DNA from: Monocercomonoides exilis PA203
Lineage: Eukaryota; Protista; Preaxostyla
DNA: 64,000 bases
Direction: 5' to 3'
NCBI GenBank assembly: GCA_001643675.2
Contig: LSRY02000062.1
Coordinates: 1 to 64,000, forward strand
Part shown: piece after piece, positions 48,401 to 61,097 of the stretch
How positions within the stretch are numbered: position 1 is the stretch's first letter
Layout: every line of letters starts with the position of its first letter
The notes under the pieces: generated by a model
What the model was told of the DNA's origin: nothing
Seen by the model: only the letters and a program-made list of their open reading frames with translations
Databases searched by the model: none
Translations under genes and position numbers: made by a program

Positions 48401-50224
48401 TAAGCAAAAGACTCTCGTCTGCAACGCAATCCTCTGAATCAAATCTTCAGGAAGCTGATGAACTCCTTCGGTACTATTCTTCTGCTTTGCTTTCAATTGT
48501 GGATTTGCTGTTTGCAATATCGAGTGGAGCATATTCCCATCTGAAGACGATTATCTCAGAATCCATCAGCTTTAATTCTTCGCTGCTTGACTCCAGTTTG
48601 AAAGAGAAAAAATCCGAAGAAAAATCAGGAAAATTTCATCTAATTGCACTGATGATACGAATACTGGCAATCGACTTTGCGAAGCGTGCAGCTGAAATGT
48701 TGGAAAAGAAGCGCAAAAGTTTGAAAGAACAGAAAGCAAACGCACAGACAGATCAGTCGCAAACAGACCATTTGGAAGACTTCAAAGAAACAAATGAGCC
48801 AGCATATTATATGCAATCGCAATCCTCAAAAGAATCCTCAAAATCTGCATCTTCAGTGATGAACTTGTCGTCTTCTTCTGCTGCTGCGTATGACAAGACC
48901 TTTTTGAGAGGAAAGAATGCGATGATACCACACTTTCTAGTCCAGAGAATATTAGAATTGATAGAACATTTTTTCCAGCAGTCAAAAGAGTTTGTTCTTG
49001 ACGCAGTTTTCCTTGAGCTTTCGATGCAAGTGGAGAAGGCAGATGGAGTTGGCATTCTGGAAGCGATAGTTGACACTTATTATGACTCAACATTTGAATG
49101 TGTTCGAGGACCAAGCTCTGATAGCACTGAAAATGAGAAGCCTTCAGCGTCTTCTGCCTCACAAAACGAAGTCAAAGACGAACAGAACTCGAATTTGATT
49201 GATGGTGAAGGCATTTACATTAGCGCCATTTTCTGCCTTGTGTTTACGAAAGCAAAGATAAACAACGATTTTTCGTTTGCTTTGCCACAACTGAAAAACA
49301 TTATTGCTCATCACAATGTCAAGTCGCTATTTCTTCGTCAAACAAAAGGAGCAAACTTCAAACAAGAATTTTCTGCAAAAGAGACGAATCGTTTTGTTCG
49401 TTGTCTTTGGGCTGTTTATGCACTTTCCTCTTCAATAAATAGTTTGCTATTGTCTTATTGCTTTATTTATGAAAATGGTTTTTTTATTATTAATATTATT
49501 TCTAACAATAATTGTCATATTTGTGATGATTTCATTGCTGCAACACTTTTGCCCAAAAGAAATAAGAAAGACTCTTGTGGAAGTGGGTTTAGCTCCGTTG
49601 CTTCTGGATGTGGTGAGGCATTCGCCTTTGTCTGAAGCTGTGAATTGCAGTTTGATGATTCTCAGCCAGCTGGGCTGGAATTTGGAAGAAAACACAGCCG
49701 TTCTGATTGATGAAGGGATATTTGTTGTGATTTACAGAGTTCTGCTAAACTACTGGAAAAGGCATTCTCACGCCTTTGATAGCGCCATTGAAAAATTGGA
49801 AACAAAAGAAAAGGAAAATAAAAGCAATGAGAAAGACATCGAAGAGAGTAAAAATGAAAAAAGTTTAAAAGAGAAAGATGTTGATAAAACAAAAGACATT
49901 GAATGTGAGATAACAGATGACGTATTTATAACAGCAATACAAGCAACGCAGAACCTGCTGTATAAATCTCTGGCTATTTCTGTTACAGCAGCAAGACAAA
50001 TTGAATTGGACAAACTATTGGATAACATAGCATTCACAATTCGTCGGCTGATGATAGAAGAACATAAGGAAGTTGACTTCTCTGATGAAGACGAAGAATT
50101 TGGAGAAAACAGATCTCAATCTCCAGTTGAACAGCTGATTATTCCAATTGACGTTGCGAAACAGATGGAAATAGTAAAATGGGCCACTTATTCACTTGAT
50201 TGGATGGAGTTGGAGCAAAAATGA
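45472..50224 (+). CDS. NEK-family Ser/Thr kinase with Ser-rich linker and helical (ARM-like) C-terminus, multi-exon
   Basis: Spliced kinase reads MSLQDYVNFGKIGKGVSGDV..ICKRI..EVHIL..YIIMEHCQNGDL..HRDVKPENLL..KLGDFG..VGSPWYDSPE..PYSSKTDIWSLG. Introns at 45488-45559, 45859-45912, 46034-46085, 46153-46213 and 46250-46316. Joining of the downstream ORFs (47406-50224) into the same gene is inferred. Confidence 0.8.
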
Positions 50225-50301
50225 AGAGTGTTGAATGGATTCATTGAAAGAGTTCATTAACTCAATTTGTTTGTGTTTTTTTAAAATTAGTAATGATTTT
50301 T

Positions 50302-50328
50302 TTGTTTGTTTGTTTGTTTGTTTGTTTT
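50302..50328. repeat. (TTTG)n microsatellite
   Basis: Run of GTTT units downstream of the NEK stop codon. Confidence 0.7.
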
Positions 50329-50700
50329 GAAAATGTTTGTAAAGTGATTATTGTTTTATGGTAATTAAAGGTAAATTTTTATTTTTTTAGAATATTTTTT
50401 TCTTCTTTTTCTGATGAATCTGGAAAGGATGTGCCATTTTTGGTAAATGATTCATATTAAACAGAAATCAAGTTGAAATTCTTTAATAATTTTTATTCAT
50501 AAAAAATGTTAATGATGGAAGGAAGAGACTTTTGTTCATTAAAATAAAGTCAAAGTTATCTTTGAGGATGAAAAAACTTGATTCAAAACACGAAAAAAAA
50601 ATGATCTCCCATGTGAAAAATGCATGAGCAGATAGAAAAACAAAGAAGTGTCAGGTGACGTGAGCTGTGAAATGTTTCGTAATTAGTGGAGAGAAAGCTT

Positions 50701-53700
50701 TCATTTTTGAGAAACATAATCGTTCCAGCTGTCTTTTATTGACTCTGTCGAAAGAGACTGTAGGAAAGTGGGCACCAGATGCACCTTCTCAATTTGCTTG
50801 TCCATAATTTCCCGAACACATCTCATCATTTCGTCATACAGCAAGTCATAGTCACGCCTCACTTGCTTCAGTCTGATGACGTAGTCTTCCTTTATTTGCA
50901 AATCTTGCTCGTCTTCTTCATCCTCACAGTCTGACTCGTCTTCTACATCCATCCAGCTTTCGTTCTTCCTCTTCTCAGCAGCAAGTGCTCTTTTTCGTTG
51001 TTTTAGATCGATTTGCCTTCTGAAATTATTAATTTTTGCATTAGAAGAGAAAAGATTTCACAGAAAGAACAAAAAATATTTACATAACAATTATCATCGT
51101 ACAATGTCAACGCATTACAAACCTTGATCCTTTGTATATGAGACCAAGTGTGTCGTCAAAACGGAAGATGACTGTAAACAATCGCTTAACAATTTCTAAT
51201 AAAGACAGCCGAGCTGTGACGGTTGTTGGCGCAGAAAGAGAAGGAGAAGAGGGCGATTGCATGCTGTTTGATGTTATAAGCGGAATTTGGGGTGTTGAGA
51301 AAGAGTGGGACATCGAAGCAGAAGAAGGAGAGTGTGCTTGTAACGATGGAGATGAAGTACTGGCAGCATTAGCAGAATATGAGTGTCCCATCTTAATTCG
51401 CTCGATTATTGTGTCAATGAACTCGTTGTGTGCATCGATGATATCGTCCATCTTTGTTGTCTTGTCCAAGTCATGGCAGAGTTTTATCCACGATGCTTCC
51501 AACACTTCAAACATGAAATAATACTCCAGATTCCGAATGAATAATGTCATGTGGTTGCGAAGAAGGCTGCAGCCATGGAGTGTCGAGAAGTAATTCTTCA
51601 CATCTTTCATTTCGTTGCGGGAAAGACGATACATTTCCTTTTGAAAAGAAAGATAAATCACATTCAAAAGTATTTTGGTTGGAAATAAATACAAAATATT
51701 TATGAATTTTTAAAAAAAGAATATAAAATATTGCAGCAAACCGATAATTTCTGCCAGTCCTTTGCCAAAACAAAATCAACTCTCTTCAGCGTCCACAAGA
51801 AGTCAAAAGCAAACAGATATTTTTGCATTGCCTGTTCAGTAATTATCGCGTTGCACGGCTTCTTCACACGATAAGTGAGAGTGAAATTGTTCCAGCCAAA
51901 GACCGCTCTGTCTCCACTTGACACTCCATCGCCCATAAGCGAAGCAAAACGCCCATCGTTCGTGATTCGCGCATCCAACTCTGCCGGCAACACTCTTCCG
52001 CGTGTCTCGCCGTCTTCTCTCAAATACGTCGTGAGGATTTCTGTCAGCACATTTTGCGTGGCGTTTGAGGAGGACGATGCTCCGCTTCCGAAGGGGCTTC
52101 TGGAAGACGACGGGGAATAAAGCTGGAGGGAGGCAGAGCCAGAAGCTGTGGAAGGCGATAAAGTGGCTGAAGATGACGTGAAGGATGATGTGAACGACGA
52201 AACCTGCACTGTCTCGTCCAGCCTGCCCCACATCGCCTCCATCAGCGACTGGACAAAATCTCCTCTCATCAGAAGCAGATAGCCCTTCAGCGCAGTCAGA
52301 TCTGCATTGAAGTTCGTCCTCTTCAGAATGAAGTTCCGAAGACGCCCGTCGACAACAGCAGCAATCGCATCTATTCGCTCTTCTGACGACAAAGAGGCAT
52401 CCATCACTCGACTTCCAAACAGCGATTTTTGTTTGCTCTCTTTTGCCTGCGATTTGTCAACATATTTCACAACATTCGTTCTCTTTTCAGCAAATGATTG
52501 ACCTCTTTTCCCAGCTCCTGTACCATCTCCTCCCTCTTCGTAGTCTTCATTTCCGTCTCTGCCGCCCTCACCTTTTTCGCTTTCTATTCCAATAGCATAG
52601 TCCCATCCGTTGTCTCCACATTCCTCTTTCAGGAAGTTGATCGTTTTACCAATCACCAAAATCTTCTCTGCCATCGACTCGCTCAAAAACGAAGGAATTT
52701 TGGATCTCCGAAGTGTGAATCTTTTGGTCCAATATTCGTCGCCACTTAACATTCCCTGGTGCATCAAAGACGACGAAGAGGAAGAGGCAGACAAAGATGA
52801 TGCTGATGCAGATGACGATAAAAGGCGACTGGTTGACTTTTGTGGATGAGGAAAGCCACCAGACATTGTGTGAGAAGGCAGAGGTGTTATCTCATTTTTC
52901 ATAATAAAGAACTCGTCCCACGTGTCCTCAAGCACACCTTCCTCAACCCAGCGGCTAATGAACTGCCACAGCGGAAGACTTGTGACCTTCAAAAGTGTCC
53001 CAACAATCTGCCTCACAAATGGATCGCCGTGTGTTGACTGCGAATGAAGTGTCGAAAGAATAGCTGTTCCGCTCTCCTTCTGGCACGCACTGACAACACG
53101 ATACAGAACACGCAGCATCTTCATCTGCGGGGCTATGAGACTCAGCAGCGAGCGGTATGTGATCATTGTGTTCTGAGGTGAACGATTGCCAGGCAATTGC
53201 TGCGAATAAAAAGAGGAGGATGATGACGATGATGAAGATGATGTAACTGTTGATGCCAATTCGTCAGCAGGCTCAACGTCCATTGCGCTGCCATCGATGC
53301 TCGGGGCAGTCGAAGTTGGTGTTTCAATGCGTGGCTGTGAAGACAGCTGCAAACGAGGAACAAAGATTGGGGGAGGCTGATGTGGATGAGATTGCTGCTG
53401 TTGCTGCTGAGAATCTGTGCGCATTGGAAACACACTTGAAAAGGAGACGCTTGAGCGAGACTGAGGAAATGATGTTGGAAGTGTTGTTGTTGTTGTGGAT
53501 GTTGTGAATACTGAAGCCATCGAACTCTGAGAAGGTGAATGGGACAAAGATATTCTTGGATCATTGCGATCTGTCACTTGGCTGTCCATCAGCTTCTCTT
53601 TACCATCAGTCACTCCGACTAGTGATAACTGCCTTCCGAACGCATCCCACCCTTCATTTCTACTTCTTCCTTTTGCAGGAAGTGGAAGCTTTGAGTCTAA

Positions 53701-54623
53701 GTTGGCGACTCTTTTATTGACAGCTTTAAGAAGCCATTCAACCGCAGCAACAAATTCTCTTGCCACAGTACCTCTTTCTGTGCCTTCTTTCATTTCTTGA
53801 AGCATCTCACGAATCCGAAAATGAAGTGTGCCAAAATGCAATAATCTTTCAATTACACTTCGGTCAAGATTTCCGACATTTATCTTTTTGAATGCATTTT
53901 GTAAAGAAATTTTGATAATTATTCACAAGGCAATATTATAAAAGAAATGAACACACTGTTGGAACTATTTCAAATGCTTTTTTATACTTGTTAATTTTCA
54001 AATTTGTGCCGTCTACTGCCTGAAAAGAGAATATAAGATCACGCAGAATTGAAACATTTGATTGCGGTGCTTGAATAACAGCTAAAAATAAGTATGTGCA
54101 AAAACGTTTTTTTCAAAAACTTAATTAAAAAATAAACAAAGCATTTCAAACAAATTGCTCGTTCAGGATTAAGAGGGCGATAAGGTTGAATTGCTCCACT
54201 GTTTAGAGTGAAAATTGATGAAGTTTCTGATGGTGTTCGAGAAAAAACTGAACGAGAAGTAGCTTGTGATGTTCCATATCGATTTCCATATGATCTTGTT
54301 GTCAAGGGTCTCGCTTGCTTTAAAGATGAAAGTTCAAGGAGAATGTACAATGCTTGAATTGTGTATCCTCGATGCTTTTCGTTGGTAATTTGATTAAATT
54401 CATCAACGAGTCTATCCATTTGTGGATAGTTTTTCATCTGTATTTTTGATCTGATATTTTGCATTAACCTCATGTGATCCCCAGACAAAATACGAGGATT
54501 TGTTCCACTGTTCAGAATATCATAATAAAGTGACAGCTTCGATTCATCTGTTTGAGAACTTCCTGTAAATGAGTTGCACAATGTCAATATCGCTTGTTGA
54601 AGCTGTTCATCATTCACATTCAT
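50701..54623 (-). CDS. TUBGCP3: Gamma-tubulin complex component 3 (GCP3/Spc98), multi-exon
   Basis: ILRDLIFSFQAVDG, HGDPFVRQIV..PLWQFISRWV.EGVLED..DEFFI, IPSFLS..MAEKILVIGKTINFL, LKGYLLLMRGDFVQSLM, GWNNFTLTYRV..P, FLWTLKRV, FIRNLEYYFMFEVLEASW. GCP3 rather than another GCP is judged from these motifs. Confidence 0.85.
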
Positions 54624-55121
54624 TTTTACAATCGAAATTGGTTCAAAATATATGCCCATAACAATAAATAATTGGACTATTTAAAATTGTCATAAGAATT
54701 CTTTTTATCCAAATGATTAGTATTTCAATGTGAATAAGATATGTTGAAAAAATTGCTGTGGTATTTTAATTTTTATTGTCAGTTTTTGTTTTATTTTCTT
54801 TGGTGAAAAATAATACTATCAAATAAAAGAAAAAATGAATGATTGAACAAAAGAGAAATTTTGGATTTTTATATTTCAATCATCTGATTTATCAAAAATA
54901 TATAATTATTTACGAATATGATGAAAATGCTTGATTCAATGAATAATGTAAAAATATTCATCTTTTTTGATTTTTCACTAAATAAATATCAACGTGATCT
55001 ATCTTCATTCAATAGAATGCATAAATGATATGACAATATCATTTTCGCTTTCCAAACAAATTATCAATAACTTTTTCAAATAAATGGTGACAAAATTTTA
55101 TTACTGTTTCACAGATCAAAA

Positions 55122-56851
55122 ATGTCTTCTGATCAAGAAAAAGAAGAACATCCGTTATCCAGGGAATTTACCTTTTGGTGGACTATTTCTGATAAAAACT
55201 TATCAGCAGCTAATTACGAAGACAGCCTTAAGCCTGTTTGCTCCATCAGAACAGTTTGTTTTATATTTTTTTGTAAAAGTGATTTTAATTCCGTTAGGTT
55301 GAAGAATTTTGGCAAACATATTCATTTATTGAAAGAGCGATTACACTGCCTCCACCTTGGACGTTGCATTTTTTTGAGAAGGGTGTAAAGCCAGTTTGGG
55401 AGGTATGAAAAAGAAATTTAAATGTATAAATTTTGTTGTTTATAATTGTTGCTTTTGTAAGGATCCTGCAAATGCTCAAGGTGCTCGTTTAACAATTAAG
55501 CTGATAAAAAGAGATGCAGCTTCTTATATTTGGGAACAACTTGTTTGCAAATATTATTTGAGAATGAAGAATTGACAAATTAATTGATTTTCAGTTAATT
55601 GCTTTAATAGGTCATCATTTTGGAGCCACAATAGATGGTAAATTTGTTGATTTGAGTGATGACATTACTGGAATTGTTATTACATATCGAAATACAACTA
55701 TTTCCATTTCAACCTGGAATCGAACATCATCCGATAAAACGTTGATAGATAACTTAAAGTATGATATATTTTTTTCAAAGTTAATATCTATCGTTTGTAA
55801 AATAATTTTTTTATTTGTTTCACTTTCAATGTCATCAAATACGCTCCTATTTGTTTTTATTTTGTATCTTTTCAGATTGATCATAGGTGAAATTACAAAA
55901 TATCATGAAGATCTTGGTGAGATAGAATATCGCCCGCATCATGGAACGAAACCAGAACGTAGTAAAACAATTAGAAAAGTTGATCGCCCACGTTACGACA
56001 GGGAACGAGACAAAGGGGTGGAGAAAGAGAGAGAGATTGGTATGGGTTATGGAGAAGGAAGAGAACCACACAGAAATCCAGAAAGCAGAGAGAAATCAGG
56101 TGGGTGGAGCGATGACAAAGAACAATCTGAAGTCAAACACCAAAAACAAGATTGGTCTTCGGTACACGCACCACCAGCAACATCTTATTCATCAACATTT
56201 CCAACTCCACCGTCATCTTCTTCTTCACCTGCTTCTGTTCCTCCAGCAGCGGCTCCTGGCTCGTTAGCTTCTCCCCTTGAAAAGCTCTTTTCATCTGTGT
56301 ATAAGTCCGCATCTCCGACAGCTTCTTCAGCAGGAGGTTCAGCGTTGTCTGCTTCAGATTCGCAAGGGCCGATATTTGGGACGCCATCTGGTGCGAAGTA
56401 TTATCATGGGAGTGCATCTTCAGATAAAAATGCGAATGCACCGAAAGAGAGAGAAGGAGGGAAAAAATGGGATGATCATCACAGCAATGCAGAAGACGAG
56501 GTGAAAGGCAAAGAGGATGAAGGCAGAAAAAAGGAACAAGGACAGCAGAAAAGAAAGAGAGGGAATGAAGAAAAAGAAGAAGACAAAGAAGGAAAAACAG
56601 AATGGAAGGCGAAATCTTGGAAGGCTCCTCCTCAAGCTGGAAGAGGAAAAGGAGTTCCATCTTCAGAAGAGAGTGGAATGCGAGGAGAAAGAGAGAGGGG
56701 AAGAGGAGGCAGAGGTGGAAGAAGAGGCGGAAGAGGTGGAAGACCGGCAAATGCGACTGTTGGGACAGATAATAAAGAAATGTCATTTTCTTATACTCCT
56801 TCAAATGCTTCTCCGTATCATGCAGGAAAAGCCAGAGGAGGAAAACAATAA
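55122..56851 (+). CDS. EIF4E: eIF4E-family cap-binding protein (class II/4EHP-like) with long low-complexity RGG tail
   Basis: Spliced HPLSREFTFWW..NYEDSL..TVEEFW..LHFFEKGVKPVWEDPANAQG..WEQLLIALIG..ITGIVI..ISTWN..EYRPH. Introns at 55254-55297, 55403-55461, 55543-55594 and 55759-55875. Confidence 0.92.
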
Positions 56852-58446
56852 TTATGCGTTTTACAATTATTAATTTTGAAATTAAGAATAATAATTACTC
56901 AAAATATGTTAATTTTATTAGGGTTAAAAAGGATGTTAAAAAATAAAAAAGGTAATATTTTATAATTCTATTACAAAAATGAAAAATATTCCAAATATTG
57001 AAATTAATAATTTTTTGTGAAGTTTGTTTTTCAAGATAACAATTATTAAACTCAAGAATTTTTACAAGAATTCATTGATAAAAATTGCAACTTTGATTTG
57101 AAGAAAATTATTATTGATTTTTTGAGAATAAACAAAAATTCTGGACAAATGTTTTCATCAAATTTTTATTCCTGTCAAAATTTCTCCATTTTTGAGTCAT
57201 TTTCACGTTTTCAAATTTTATAACAATAAGAATAATTTTTTTTTTCATTTTCTTGAAAACAATAAAAGAAATTGGAGATTTGGGGGAAAATATAGACTTT
57301 CAAGCTTTTTATGTACTGAGCATGAAATAATTGTTTCTCTTATAGCATTTTTGAACTTATTCAGCTTTCAAATTAAATTTGATTTTCATATGGTACAGAA
57401 TTCTTTCATTTATGAAAAATTCAATGATTTGTTCTAAACTATTTCTGCAATTGTTTGATTTTTATTCTTATATTATCGTGCAATACAAAATATAAAAATA
57501 TAAAAAATCGAAAAAAATCTTAGAAAGAATTGTGTGGAACAAAATTCTTTAAACATAAAATTTTGTCCCATATCCAAATACAAACGAAACTGAAATAAAA
57601 ACTTTATGTTTTGTGATTTCAAACGTATTTCAAAAAATGAACCATTTTTGTTGAAAATTTTTGTTCACAAAAAGTTTATCTGAAGTGCTTATTTTTTCAA
57701 TGAACGTGGTTGAAGTCAAATAATTTGTTCCATGTTGATTGAAATAACTTTGTTGACATTCATTTCTTGCAATCAAAATCTTGAAATAAGTTTAAAAAAC
57801 ATTTATAATCACTTACGTGTTGAAAACATCAAACAGAAACTAAAACTTTTTCAGATTATTGTTTCATGATGCTAATTTGAGTTTCATAATCAATTATTTT
57901 TCAAAAAATAATTCCTAATTTATTCTAATATAAAATTATGATTTTTTAATAAGTTTAACGTTTTTCTCATGTTTCCTTTTTTGTCCCTAACAATATCAAA
58001 AGTTTTTTCTGGATCAATTATTTCACTTTTAAATAAATGATGAGCACCATTTTTTCTTAAACTTTTATAAACACCTTTATTTAAAAATCTAAATATTTAT
58101 TGATTGATCGTTGATATTGCCAAAGGCCACATGTATTTTCAAATTAGCATTTTTCATATTTATTTATTTTTTAAAAAAAAAAAAAAAGAAAAAAATATTA
58201 ACCTTTTCATTCAGAAAAAGTTTTATTGCACTTTTTGACAGTTGAAACATTGAACTGTATAAACAATACATATGCTTATTATTCTGTTCACAATTTTGAC
58301 ATTTTTCGATAATTTTTAATTGCAGGATATAACAATTCATCATAGAATGGTACAAGATCAGCTTTAGAAGCAAATCAGTATTTGTATGCTGCCCTAGCTT
58401 TTGTGCGAAAATGTTAACATGTTTGTTTGATATTTTTTTATTTAGG

Positions 58447-60417
58447 ATGCACGCATCTCAAGATACGGATGCGAAGGATTCTCAGGGGCCGCAGGAGGCG
58501 GCACAGGGAGATTCTTCGCAGAAAAAAAAAGATAAGAAGTACATTAAGATAGGGAGCTATGTGCTGAAGCAAACTATTGGAAAGGGATCATTTGGAAAGG
58601 TAAAACTTGCGGAGCACCAGTTGACTGGTCATACAGTTGCAGTAAAAGTTCTGAATAGGAAGAGAATTCGGTCATTGAACATGGACAGCAAAGTGCGGCG
58701 CGAAATCAGTATTATGAAACTGTTTTCACATCCTCATGTGATTCATCTTTATGAGGTGATTGGAACAGATAGGAACATCTTTATGATCATGGAATACGTT
58801 CCAGGAGGGGAAATGTTCGACTACATTGTGCAGAAAGGAAAGCTGTCCGAAGATGAGGCTCGGAGATTTTTCCAGCAGATAATCTCAGGGGTTGAATATT
58901 GTCACAAGCACAAGGTTGTCCATAGAGATTTGAAGCCGGAAAACTTGCTTCTTGATGAACACAAAAACATCAAAATAGCAGATTTTGGGCTGAGCAACAT
59001 GATGCGAGATGGAGATTTCTTAACAACATCTTGCGGCTCTCCGAACTATGCAGCACCCGAAGTGATATCGGGAAAGCTGTATGCAGGGCCTGGCGTGGAT
59101 GTGTGGAGTTGCGGAGTGATTCTGTATGCTCTGTTGTGTGCAAAGCTTCCATTCGATGACTCTTCACTGGAAGCTCTATTTCAGAAAATTAAAACAGGTA
59201 CATACACGATTCCATCATATATTCCACCAGATGTCAGGGATTTAATATCGAAAATGTTGACAGTGGATCCTGTGAAGCGAATCACAATTCCTGAGATCAG
59301 ACATCATCCATGGTTTCTTAAAAATCTTCCAGATTATCTAGCGATGCCTGTGGATGACGGTTCGTCACATAGGATGAAGCAAATTGATCAAACTATTGTT
59401 GAAGAAATCTGTAGGAAGCTGCATTTCACCCAAGAACAGTGCGTCAGAGATCTACAGCGTGGACAGAGCAATGCAACACAAGCGGCCGTTATGTATGCTC
59501 TGTTGATGGATCAGAAGCGAGACATGATGCAAGGGCAGAAGGGAGAGATGGAGCACCAGTCGCGAATCAGGGAGTTTGAGGGGATTGAGCTGCACAATTT
59601 TGTGTCAACAGTTGGAACTAAACGAGGAGACGAAGATGGAGACAGTACGGGAAAGGAAGGGGACGAAGATGAGGATGAGGACGACTACGGGTTAGATGAT
59701 GAAGAGGAAGAACAAGGAGAGATGAAAAAGTTTGATATCACATCGAAGAAGGTAGTTCCAATCAAACTAAGATCTGTTGTTGCTCTGTCTGAGAAAGGAG
59801 ATCAGGGAAGCGAGGCAGCATCTGCCCAGGAATCGCAAGCAGCGCAAGACGGATCTATTCCAATGTCATCAACATCTCCATCATCAGCATATCAGTCGGG
59901 CTCAGTCAGCGATAAGAGCTCGGCCTCTGCTTCTTCGTCATCTGATCCATCAACATGCTCTTCCTCATCTTCTTCGTCTGCTTCTGCGGCTGCTAGAGAA
60001 ACAGGCTCGAGTGGTGCGAATGTGACAGAAGAGAGAAAGGAGGAAAAGAGCGAGAAGATGACGTCTCAATGGGCAACAGGAGTTCCGCGTCCGGTGGACC
60101 AACCACGCCACAAATGGTCTCTGGGCGCAGACAGCACACGACCTCCGGTGGAGATCATGAATGATCTGTTCCGCGTACTGCGACTGTTGAAGTTTGAGTG
60201 GAAGATGACATCACCGTACCAATTCAGTTGCCGGCTAAGACAGACACCGAAGCTGCAGACACCACGGAATCCTGTAGAGATCGGGATCCAGCTGTTCCGT
60301 TTGGAAGACTCGACTCCCGAAAAGCCTCACCACAAAATCGACATGAAGCGCATTTCAGGCGACACGTTCCCGTTTATGGCTCTCTGCAGTGCTATTCTGG
60401 GGAATCTGAAGCTGTAG
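58447..60417 (+). CDS. SNF1: AMP-activated protein kinase catalytic subunit alpha (SNF1)
   Basis: IGKGSFGKVKLAEHQLTGHTVAVK, HRDLKPENLLLD, DFGLSNMMRDGDFLTTSCGSPNYAAPEVISGKLYAGP, WFLKNLPDYL, and C-terminal KWSLG..PVEIM..L.FEWK..IQLF..IDMKR beta-binding domain. Confidence 0.96.
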   Translation: MHASQDTDAKDSQGPQEAAQGDSSQKKKDKKYIKIGSYVLKQTIGKGSFGKVKLAEHQLTGHTVAVKVLNRKRIRSLNMDSKVRREISIMKLFSHPHVIHLYEVIGTDRNIFMIMEYVPGGEMFDYIVQKGKLSEDEARRFFQQIISGVEYCHKHKVVHRDLKPENLLLDEHKNIKIADFGLSNMMRDGDFLTTSCGSPNYAAPEVISGKLYAGPGVDVWSCGVILYALLCAKLPFDDSSLEALFQKIKTGTYTIPSYIPPDVRDLISKMLTVDPVKRITIPEIRHHPWFLKNLPDYLAMPVDDGSSHRMKQIDQTIVEEICRKLHFTQEQCVRDLQRGQSNATQAAVMYALLMDQKRDMMQGQKGEMEHQSRIREFEGIELHNFVSTVGTKRGDEDGDSTGKEGDEDEDEDDYGLDDEEEEQGEMKKFDITSKKVVPIKLRSVVALSEKGDQGSEAASAQESQAAQDGSIPMSSTSPSSAYQSGSVSDKSSASASSSSDPSTCSSSSSSSASAAARETGSSGANVTEERKEEKSEKMTSQWATGVPRPVDQPRHKWSLGADSTRPPVEIMNDLFRVLRLLKFEWKMTSPYQFSCRLRQTPKLQTPRNPVEIGIQLFRLEDSTPEKPHHKIDMKRISGDTFPFMALCSAILGNLKL

Positions 60418-61097
60418 CCAGCTGGCAAAAAAATCATGACATTGATTTTTTGTTATCTTTCTTCGATCTTCTTCTTGTGCCATTGCTTTTAAATGCGCTC
60501 TTTTCAAACAACTCTAAATCGTTTTTCAGCATTCCATTTCTCTTTGTGCTGACTTTTCTTTTATTCAAAATTATTTTTTCGTAATTGGATGATGTTTCAA
60601 AATTAGGATGTAAAATTTTTTTTGAGTTTTTTAATTGCAAAAATTTTATTACAAATAAAGTGTTATGATTCAATGAAAAATATTGTTTACATTAATCGTC
60701 CAATTGTCTTCTTTCCTAATAATTCTTCTTCATATTTTATTTTCCTTTCATTTTTCTTTCCATTCTATTGACTTTACACTTTCTTTCTTTTAATTGTTTC
60801 CAATAAATTTCACAGGAAACAATTCCATTTCAACATTTTTAACACGATTTTCAGATCTAAAATTTCTTTTTTGTCAGTTAAACGAATTTGTAGATATTTC
60901 ATTGCAATCTCCAAAACCTGCAATAACACCTTATCAGAAATATAAATTCATCGAACGAAGATGCACAAAATGTTCATAAATTCAATACTTCAATGCACAT
61001 TGCATCCTCCAAATCAAATCTTCAGGGGATGAGTGCATGCTTCGAAAGATGGAGAGATGGACACAAACAGAAACAGACTCAACTTGGCTCATCTTCT

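Noticed and set aside
56860-58400. Long AT-rich gap as a possible element or array
   Set aside because: No terminal repeats, periodic repeats or coding signal detected. No CRISPR-like array, rRNA or tRNA was recognised anywhere in the window.
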